Positions 6,267 to 13,039 of a stretch of 22,737 bases of DNA are shown here, in pieces. The notes under the pieces are model-generated. The model worked only from the letters and a program-made list of their open reading frames with translations, made no database searches and was not told the DNA's origin. Source of the stretch: a virus; the IMG/VR virus record IMGVR_UViG_3300024433_002526. One strand, given 5' to 3'. The translations under genes were made by a program, and so were the position numbers. Within the stretch, counting starts at the first letter, position 1, and every line of letters starts with the position of its first letter.

Positions 6267-8115
6267 TCTCGTCCTTCGTCTCGTCGATGGTCATCGCCAG
6301 ATCGAGGTGGTCCTCGGTCTTGTACAGCTCTCCGCTGGTGTCCTTGCTCGGAATAGCCGAACCCTCTTCCTCGCCGCCTTCCCTCCCGAACCAGTCCTCA
6401 CGAAGGTCCTTCACGAAGAAGTGCTTCGCATCGGAAGGCTTGACCTTGCGTGACTCCATCATCTGGTTGACCCGGCCGAGCCGCGTGACCAACTCCATGA
6501 GCAATGGCCGTAGCTCGGGCCGGAGCTTCTCGAACTCTGCTCCTGGTGCTCCCGAGGGTCCTTCGGCCGGAGGCGGCGGCGGCGGAGGCAGTCCCGGACC
6601 GGCGGCATTGACATCGCCCGGCGGTGGCATCTCAGGAGGCGGCGCTGGCGGCGCACCAGGCTCGCCACCTTGTTGCTGTGGAGCACCCGGCAGGATCAAC
6701 GCGTCGATCAGCCTGTCGGACAGGTGCCCATACTGCTTGAGCACGTACCTGATCCAGATCTGCATGTCGAAGTTGACCTGTTGTCCGAGGTTGAGCAGGC
6801 GATCGATGATGTCAATGCGGATCTCGATCAGCTGCTGACGGTGCAGCTCTTCGAGGAACGAGACCGGTGCCATAGCCAGGGTGAACTGGTTGTCCGGATC
6901 TCGGGGGTCGATCCCCCTAAACGCCAGGTTCAGCTGGAGGACACGGTGAACACCAAGCAGGAAGTACCGCTGCAGCTTCTGCGGTATGCGGACGTATCGA
7001 CTGTCCTGCTGTGTGAGTCTCCGGCTGGGGTCATACGGTGTCGAGCCCTCGATGTTGTAGCCAAAGAAGCTGGGCGGGATGCGGACCGACGCGTGATACC
7101 GCGCCAGATAGTAGTGCAGGTTCGTAGCTTCATTCGCGTTGCTCGAACCCTTGAGTCGTTCGATCTTCGTCTCGCGTCCCTGCACCTGAGGGACCACGAG
7201 GTCCTCATTCGCCGTCCACGGGTTCCAGTCCTCACGGAGCTGGCCGCTGCTCGGGTCGTAGTACTTCGTCTTCTTGAGCTTCGTCGTGAAGCGCTCGACG
7301 TAGTCCGAGGTCTCCTCGTCAGTGAGGCCAGTGCAGTCGACGTAGTAGACGTCGCGGTCAGCATGGCGCTGAAGGATGTAGACGACGTCGGCGTCTTCGG
7401 CCATGCGCAACCTGCGGTACGGCCTGCGAGATGACACGAGCAACGTGGTGCCGTACATGGCCGAGAGCGATCCAAAGATCCTGAAGTGCACGATCTCCCA
7501 CGGCTGCTTGTTCGGCTCCGAGGAACCACCAGCAGTCTCGCCGAGGTAGAAGCCGAGCAGCGTTCCGGTGTCGTAGTCCTCAAACCTGCGGAACCGCTTC
7601 GGGTGGTGGAAGCGCAGCATGCTAATGCCGGTACCGGGCTCCCAGAAGAGTTCGACAGGGAAGTCGCCATATTTGCCGAGGCCTCTGCCGACCAGTGGCG
7701 CGTACTCTTCGAGCTGAGTGGTCTCGATGCACTCCTCGCAGATCTGGCGGATCTCTTCGTTGCAGTCCTCCACCCAGAGCATGCGGTTCGTTGCCGGGTC
7801 GATCTGGATTGCGTCCTCGGTATACGTGTCGAGCACGGCCGACGGGAGATCGTCCGAGTCCATGACATCGACCTCGTCGTAGATCTCCATCCTCGTCTTG
7901 CCCAGACGCATGCGCTCGCCGTAGAACGAGTACATGTTCTGGCCTTCTTCGCCAGACGCGAGCGACGGCGCGGCAGCCTTCCCCGAGGTGTCCCGTCGTC
8001 GCATGTAGGGTTTGGGCGCTCCATAGAGGACGCCTCGGATGAAGTTGTAGATACGGGTCCCAAAGCCTTGCCTGGGTCGCATCTCTTCGTTGACCACCTG
8101 CGGTGCCTGCGCCAT
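6256..8115 (-). CDS. Portal protein (with C-terminal proline-rich insertion)
   Basis: 619 aa, immediately downstream of the large terminase. ATG 8115 is preceded by GGGAGG with a 7-nt spacer. The N-terminal motif 'RMEIYDEVDVMDSDDLPSAVLDTYTEDAIQ' resembles the conserved portal motif (Y-x-E-x-x-x-M-D ... ALD-x-Y-A-x-D-A). Size and position are typical. Confidence 0.7.
   Translation of the reverse strand: MAQAPQVVNEEMRPRQGFGTRIYNFIRGVLYGAPKPYMRRRDTSGKAAAPSLASGEEGQNMYSFYGERMRLGKTRMEIYDEVDVMDSDDLPSAVLDTYTEDAIQIDPATNRMLWVEDCNEEIRQICEECIETTQLEEYAPLVGRGLGKYGDFPVELFWEPGTGISMLRFHHPKRFRRFEDYDTGTLLGFYLGETAGGSSEPNKQPWEIVHFRIFGSLSAMYGTTLLVSSRRPYRRLRMAEDADVVYILQRHADRDVYYVDCTGLTDEETSDYVERFTTKLKKTKYYDPSSGQLREDWNPWTANEDLVVPQVQGRETKIERLKGSSNANEATNLHYYLARYHASVRIPPSFFGYNIEGSTPYDPSRRLTQQDSRYVRIPQKLQRYFLLGVHRVLQLNLAFRGIDPRDPDNQFTLAMAPVSFLEELHRQQLIEIRIDIIDRLLNLGQQVNFDMQIWIRYVLKQYGHLSDRLIDALILPGAPQQQGGEPGAPPAPPPEMPPPGDVNAAGPGLPPPPPPPAEGPSGAPGAEFEKLRPELRPLLMELVTRLGRVNQMMESRKVKPSDAKHFFVKDLREDWFGREGGEEEGSAIPSKDTSGELYKTEDHLDLAMTIDETKDENES
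6529..6693 (-). repeat. Low-complexity Pro/Gly/Ala tract inside the portal gene
   Basis: Encodes 'LPGAPQQQGGEPGAPPAPPPEMPPPGDVNAAGPGLPPPPPPPAEGPSGAPGAEFE'. On the plus strand it appears as ggcggcggcggcggagg-type runs. Confidence 0.8.
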
Positions 8116-8118
8116 CTA

Positions 8119-11100
8119 TCAACCTCCCACCAAAATTGCCGGTGCCTGCGGTAGTCCCCCGACCGGTAGCCGTTGCTGCATCTCCAACTTGTTGGCCCTC
8201 TTCCTCGGTGGGATCAGACCGTAGACTGCCCCACACAGAGCGTCGCTCACGTCCTTGGACCCACTGAGCGGCTTGAAGACCTTCTTCGCCGTTATGTCGT
8301 GCGACAGGTGCCTCAGCTCAGTTTCGAGCGGTTCGTACGGGTACGTTCTGATTATCCCGGACTCGTAGACACCCTTCAAGTTTATATACGGATCATCCGA
8401 TTCGTCGACACTCACAAAATCAGCCTCGATGCCCATCTTGTGGAGCTTCTGTACGAAGTGCCTTGACTGGTACTTGTCCAGGGAGACCATCTGGAACGTG
8501 TAATGGTTCCGGTGGAGGTACTCAACGAATTCGATGATCTTGTCGAAGTCCACTTCGCCCCGGCCGTACGGAGGCGGATCGATCCGGAATGCGAAGTCCA
8601 GGTAGGTGAGCGGCATGCCTCCCTGTGGCGGTGTCCACATGTGCACGCACGCGATTCCCACTGAGCAGCCGGTCACCGCAAGGTCGATATGCATGACGCG
8701 CCCAGCCTCTGGGTGCAGCCTCGGCCGATAGTGGTTGAGGTGTGTCTCGAACATGATGTCCTCGCGCACAGCGTCCTGAATGCGGACAGGCGAGTTCGTC
8801 GAGATCACCATGAACTGGGTCTTGAACGGGTGAACCAAGTTCTCGTCGTAGTTGTTGTATATGACTTCCGGCCTGTGGAACAACCCGCTCGCCGCAACCG
8901 TCGCACGCCCAGCGATATTGCGGATGAAGTCTTCGATGTTGTTTTCGGCGTCGGGCTTGTGCTCCAACGGGGCCGTGATCACATTGGCCTCGTCTACCTG
9001 GTCAGCCTCGTCCTCGCCCTCCACGAGAATACGAGGCTCCGCAGTGTCGTCGCCACAGAAGACCCGGAACGTCCTTCCGCTCTTGTATGTGCCCTCGGGC
9101 TGAACGTCCCATATGGCACGAGAAATTACCGCGACACCGTCCTCGTGGCCGTGCTTCGTAATGTGCTCTTCGAGGAAGTCAGTCTGGGCGCGTCGCTGCG
9201 AGAGCAGGCACATGAAGTATGGCGCGGCCGAGCCAGGGCTGGCTACGAACTGGTTGCGGAGGCGTCCTCGGATCGCGCCGTACAGCTTCTGCGCCTGACC
9301 CAGCGATTCCTCTGCATGCGCCCTGCTTCGGCCCTTAGCCGAGCGCATGAAGTTGACCTCGTCGAGAATACCGCCGATGAATGTTTCACCCAGTGCGTGA
9401 AGCTCGGTGGCGCCCTCAACGATCGACACATGGTCCGGAAGGATCAGCTCCTTGCTGCGCTCGCCACTCAGCCGAGAGAACTTCTCCACGAAGTACGGGC
9501 ACTCGTCGATGATCGCCTGGATACGCGAGTGCATGTCGCCGGTCTTGTACTTGAAGATATTGAAGATGCCGTACCGGATGCTCGATCCACGCATCAGACC
9601 AAAGAATCCCTGTGGGTCCCTCAGCAACGAGAGTAGATAGATCCGGTACCCGGCCATGATCGTAGCCAGGGTGGTGTTATGTGTGACTACACAATGGTCT
9701 GTCAGATAGAGACCACCTGGCGCGGACGTTGAGATGCACTGGGTCTCTTCCGCACCGGAGTATTCAACTGATACAATGGCCCTACTTGGAGCGTATCGAG
9801 CCCTCGGCCTGTAGTGGTTCTTCTTTCTAGTGAGCTGGAATGGGCAGAGCCATGATGGGAGTGCCAGCCTCAGCCTATACCGATCTCGACCGGCCGTAGG
9901 ACCAACAAGATATCTGCAAACACCGCCAAGACTTTCGACCAGGAAACGCACATCGGCAGCAAGACGTGGCGACGCAGTCGAATACTCCAGCTTGTTGTTG
10001 CTGTGCTCAACAGAACCGTTTTCAGTATCCATGAGACCCTGCAACAAATACGCCCGTTGCTGTACGCTGCCATAGAGGTAGTCCTTCGGTACTCGCTTCT
10101 CGTGCGCTGGGTGGCACATGTCGAGTGCCTTGAGGGCTTGCATCAACGGATTAGACTTACCACCGCGCGTGCCAGAGGAGAGCGAGTAAGTGTACCGGCC
10201 TTTGTGGTTTGCCTGAACACCAGGAGGTAAGAGAGCCGCCACCCAATGCAGAAGTTCCCTATCAGAGGTCGTCAATATTGGCGTGTTCTGCGTGAGACCG
10301 CCATTACCGATCAACACACCCGCCAGGTATGGGTGAAGCAGGAGATGTCGTTCCGACCACTGTATCGGGTCAGCCACTGGAACGAACCACTTATTCGAGC
10401 CGTCCCTATAGTGTAGGTCCGACGAAAGCTCCCGAAGAGTCTTCGTTCTCAGGGGTCGCCTATAGTGCTTGTCAGACTTCGTGAAGACAGACCAGAGATG
10501 CTCCGCGCCGCACCGAACCACCTGTCCATCAGAGAACGTCACAGTGTAGACGTCACGAGCACCCTGTGGGTAGACACCGGTCACCGGGTAGAAGTAGCCA
10601 TCCCTGCCAGCTACCAGATCATTGGTAGTGATGTCTCCCATCTTCTTCAGGCCGTCGGAAGTGATCAGTTCTGAGGTCAGTGGTTGGTCTTTGCCCCACC
10701 TTGTGGAGCCCGTGAGGACGACCTCGAAGACTCGGTTCTTCGGGTTGAGCAGCCAGCACGCATCCCGGAAGTTGACTGGGTAGAGACCCTCACCGAAGCG
10801 GCCCGCGTAGTATGGGTCAGTGAGAAACTGGCGTGGTGTGACCGGGATGTCCTTGTAGTCCTGTGTGACAATCCCAGCCGCAGTCTCGCTCCAGCCATCA
10901 AGCATCAGCTCGTCAACGATACGAGGAATCGAGTCGCGGAGGTGCTGGAAGTCTTCTGCCCTGACAAGGTTCGCAACCTCGTCGAAGGATGAATAGACCT
11001 TCAGAATCTCTCTGCGGAGATCCGGGTCGAGACCGGCGACAAACTCGTCGTCACCGTTTATGTGAGCCGTCAGTGCCAGCTGGAGGAGATTTCTCTTCTT

Positions 11101-11136
11101 CCCCACTACCGGCCTGTCGACCTCGGGCCTTAACAT
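8119..11136 (-). CDS. terL: Terminase large subunit, intein-containing precursor (1005 aa)
   Basis: Walker A 'GSTRWGK' is interrupted after Lys149 and resumes 'TTLATIMAGY'. Walker B is 'GGILDEVNF'. The C-terminal RNase H-like nuclease region contains 'HIDLAVTG', 'VSLDKYQ' and 'DVSDALCGAVYG'. In the 86-nt overlap with the upstream gene, this frame carries the G/C third-position bias, which supports ATG 11136. Confidence 0.9.
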   Translation of the reverse strand: MLRPEVDRPVVGKKRNLLQLALTAHINGDDEFVAGLDPDLRREILKVYSSFDEVANLVRAEDFQHLRDSIPRIVDELMLDGWSETAAGIVTQDYKDIPVTPRQFLTDPYYAGRFGEGLYPVNFRDACWLLNPKNRVFEVVLTGSTRWGKDQPLTSELITSDGLKKMGDITTNDLVAGRDGYFYPVTGVYPQGARDVYTVTFSDGQVVRCGAEHLWSVFTKSDKHYRRPLRTKTLRELSSDLHYRDGSNKWFVPVADPIQWSERHLLLHPYLAGVLIGNGGLTQNTPILTTSDRELLHWVAALLPPGVQANHKGRYTYSLSSGTRGGKSNPLMQALKALDMCHPAHEKRVPKDYLYGSVQQRAYLLQGLMDTENGSVEHSNNKLEYSTASPRLAADVRFLVESLGGVCRYLVGPTAGRDRYRLRLALPSWLCPFQLTRKKNHYRPRARYAPSRAIVSVEYSGAEETQCISTSAPGGLYLTDHCVVTHNTTLATIMAGYRIYLLSLLRDPQGFFGLMRGSSIRYGIFNIFKYKTGDMHSRIQAIIDECPYFVEKFSRLSGERSKELILPDHVSIVEGATELHALGETFIGGILDEVNFMRSAKGRSRAHAEESLGQAQKLYGAIRGRLRNQFVASPGSAAPYFMCLLSQRRAQTDFLEEHITKHGHEDGVAVISRAIWDVQPEGTYKSGRTFRVFCGDDTAEPRILVEGEDEADQVDEANVITAPLEHKPDAENNIEDFIRNIAGRATVAASGLFHRPEVIYNNYDENLVHPFKTQFMVISTNSPVRIQDAVREDIMFETHLNHYRPRLHPEAGRVMHIDLAVTGCSVGIACVHMWTPPQGGMPLTYLDFAFRIDPPPYGRGEVDFDKIIEFVEYLHRNHYTFQMVSLDKYQSRHFVQKLHKMGIEADFVSVDESDDPYINLKGVYESGIIRTYPYEPLETELRHLSHDITAKKVFKPLSGSKDVSDALCGAVYGLIPPRKRANKLEMQQRLPVGGLPQAPAILVGG
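9676..10689 (-). mobile_element. Intein (~338 aa) with LAGLIDADG homing-endonuclease domain, class 3-like signature
   Basis: Removing residues D150..N487 restores the P-loop G-S-T-R-W-G-K-T. The C-terminal end is 'VVTHN|T' (block G). Two LAGLIDADG-like motifs are present, 'YLAGVLIGNGG' and 'YLLQGLMDTENGS'. There is no Cys/Ser/Thr at intein position 1, and there is Trp in 'AEHLW' (block B), Cys in 'ETQCIS' (block F) and Thr before HN. Codon usage inside is visibly A/T3-richer, with many AGG/AGA codons, than in the flanking extein. Confidence 0.85.
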
Positions 11137-11995
11137 TGATCTGCTCCACTGCTACTTCCCGCTCGACCTTCGACGGTATGTCCGGCCCGTTCTCAGGGCC
11201 GCCGGACAGGAATCCCTGCATGGCTTGGGTGAACTCACTGACCGAAGCGGTCAGGTGATGCCTCCGCTGTTCAACCTGCCTCCGCGCCTCGGTGTCGGTG
11301 CTGTCACCAGACTCGATGGTGCCAGCTGCTACGAAACCCATGCGCACGGTACCGCCGTCACCTTTGGGCGGCTTGGGCGTCGCCTTCTCCACAACCTCAG
11401 CAAGTAATCGTATCGCGTTGGTCGCGTCCTTGATGTGGGCATTGGCGTGCCCCATGAAGTCCCACAGATCGTCGTAGTTGAGTTCCGATGCGTCAGCCAG
11501 CTCGAACATCCTGCGTGACGCTACAGCGCTTGCCTCCATGATCGGACCGATCCTGTGCATCTGGTACGTCAGCAGCATATTCGCCGCCGCACGCAGCAAC
11601 GAAGGGTCCGCGCTGTCGATCTCTATCTGCTGGTTACCGTCGAACCAATCAGGCCAGCGTCCGTTCGTCATGCGGTACATGTACGCACGGTAGATCTGAT
11701 CCCCAGTGACCCGCTTATCGAACGGGATGAAGAACGACTGGCCGGGATACATCTTGTCGTACTCACGCAGCGTCGTCTCGTGATCCTCGCTCAGGTGCTT
11801 CTCGAATTCAGCTATGCCGTTGAGGTGTTTGTGGCACAGCCAGCAGGTACGCACACCGAGCTGCTTCAAGATCTTGGCATCGGGCTGCTTCCTCTTCTTC
11901 GCCTTCTGCTCAAACCAAAGCTCACGCCGCGTTGCCGCCTTCTTCTTGGCAGCCTTCTTCTTCTTCTTGGTTGCAGCCTTCTTCATCTTAGCCAT
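11051..11995 (-). CDS. Lys-rich C2H2 zinc-finger DNA-binding protein (possible small terminase subunit by position)
   Basis: N-terminus 'MAKMKKAATKKKKKAAKKKAAT..KAKKRKQ'. Then 'CWLCHKHLNGIAEFEKHLSEDH', which is C-X2-C-X12-H-X4-H. A helical body follows. It lies directly upstream of terL and overlaps it. No recognisable TerS motif, so the function is inferred from position only. Confidence 0.55.
   Translation of the reverse strand: MAKMKKAATKKKKKAAKKKAATRRELWFEQKAKKRKQPDAKILKQLGVRTCWLCHKHLNGIAEFEKHLSEDHETTLREYDKMYPGQSFFIPFDKRVTGDQIYRAYMYRMTNGRWPDWFDGNQQIEIDSADPSLLRAAANMLLTYQMHRIGPIMEASAVASRRMFELADASELNYDDLWDFMGHANAHIKDATNAIRLLAEVVEKATPKPPKGDGGTVRMGFVAAGTIESGDSTDTEARRQVEQRRHHLTASVSEFTQAMQGFLSGGPENGPDIPSKVEREVAVEQINVKARGRQAGSGEEEKSPPAGTDGSHKR
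11876..11995 (-). repeat. (AAG/GCN)n Lys/Ala-coding low-complexity tract
   Basis: The plus strand shows cttcttcttggcagccttcttcttcttcttggttgcagccttcttcat. A comparable tract lies at 18219..18320. Confidence 0.8.
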
Positions 11996-12389
11996 CAGAG
12001 CGTGGTCTCAGTTCCATAGCCAGGCTGTCCATGAGGCTCTTCATGTTGATGTAGGTCTGTCGGACTTCGGTCTTGCGCATCCCCAGCCTGGTCGCAACCT
12101 GCTCTACCACCCGCTCGATCTTCTCTTTGTCACCCTCGCAGCTGCCCATTGCCGTGTATACCGACACCTGCTTCAGCTTCGTTACGAGATCACGAACAGA
12201 CGGCACCGCGACTGTGCGACCGGAAAAGATCTCGACAAATTTCAGCGCGTCGTCTCCGAAGATGTCGAAGATCTCCGGCAGCGCGTCGAACGGGCACTCC
12301 AACAACACCGCCGCGTGCAGGGCAGTGACGAACCGCTCCCTGTTGCGGTGGAAGATCTCAAACACCTCGTTTGGTATGTGCATGCCCAT
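11988..12389 (-). CDS. Mor-family-like transcriptional activator (HTH), 133 aa
   Basis: I place the start at internal ATG 12389..12387, which overlaps the upstream stop as TAATG. The tracked upstream extension to 12536 is an out-of-frame shadow. 'LKFVEIFSGRTVAVPS...KQVSVYTAMGS...VATRLGMRKTEVRQTYINMK' resembles the Mor pattern (FGG-x-x-hY-h-P ... C-terminal HTH). Confidence 0.4.
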   Translation of the reverse strand: MGMHIPNEVFEIFHRNRERFVTALHAAVLLECPFDALPEIFDIFGDDALKFVEIFSGRTVAVPSVRDLVTKLKQVSVYTAMGSCEGDKEKIERVVEQVATRLGMRKTEVRQTYINMKSLMDSLAMELRPRSDG

Positions 12390-13039
12390 TATGCCACCAA
12401 TGCTTCTGGTCCGTAGGTCACGTCGTAGTAGACCCAACGGTAGAGTATAGTCAGGTAGGTGTACATGAAGCCCGGGTCCCAGTAACCCGTCTCGATGATC
12501 ATCTCTTCTATCGTCCTGGAGTCTGCGTTCCGGCATTCAAGCTCCACGTAGTTACGGCACAGGTCGAAGTCCACGACGTCGAAGCGTGCACGTCCTGCCA
12601 TCTTCTCCGCGATCACATCCTTGTGCCAACCCGCCAGATGCGCGGCCCACAACTTGCCGTGCAGATTCGGCTCCTGCTCGGGCTCGGTGCTCTCGGCGTA
12701 CTTGTCCCGCGAGCGCTCTTCGGCCTGTGTCTTCCGATGGTTGCCGATCAGGAATTGTTGTGTCACAACCCGCACCGACCCCACAAAGAGACTTGGACTG
12801 TCACAAGGGATCTTCCGCTGGGACAGCCTCGACCACAGTTCCAACTGCAGCTCGGCCAGGTGGTCATCGAGATCGAACTCGGAACAGTTGTAGTCCTTAC
12901 CCTTGATGACCGCAGTGACGTAGTGCTTGATCACCGACCAGATCGCAACCCACCGATCCTCGGGCATGCTCGTCTCGTTGCCAGCGGCATACTCACAGTA
13001 CGCGTGGAACGCCGTCATCTTGTAGTCGCTACGCCCCAT
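12389..13039 (-). CDS. Putative sigma-factor-like regulator (216 aa)
   Basis: ATG 13039 is preceded by GGTGG with a 6-nt spacer. There is weak resemblance to sigma region 2 ('DDHLAELQLELWSRL') and to a region 4-type HTH ('HLAGWHKDVIAEKMAGRARFDVV'). The assignment is tentative. Confidence 0.3.
   Translation of the reverse strand: MGRSDYKMTAFHAYCEYAAGNETSMPEDRWVAIWSVIKHYVTAVIKGKDYNCSEFDLDDHLAELQLELWSRLSQRKIPCDSPSLFVGSVRVVTQQFLIGNHRKTQAEERSRDKYAESTEPEQEPNLHGKLWAAHLAGWHKDVIAEKMAGRARFDVVDFDLCRNYVELECRNADSRTIEEMIIETGYWDPGFMYTYLTILYRWVYYDVTYGPEALVA

Noticed and set aside
6930-8063. 377-aa minus-strand ORF overlapping the portal gene in another frame, and similar off-frame ORFs (7622..8236, 18692..19393, 19517..19969, 16611..16982, 17485..17823)
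   Set aside because: These are Ser/Thr/Arg-rich off-frame shadows of well-supported genes. The portal, SSB, FEN and RecA-like frames carry the codon bias and the motifs.
8119-11136. The 1005-aa ORF read as a natural terminase-endonuclease fusion or two-domain protein
   Set aside because: The insertion interrupts the Walker A motif precisely. It ends in His-Asn followed by Thr and has Hint-block and LAGLIDADG motifs. Its removal restores a canonical P-loop. An intein is the simpler explanation.
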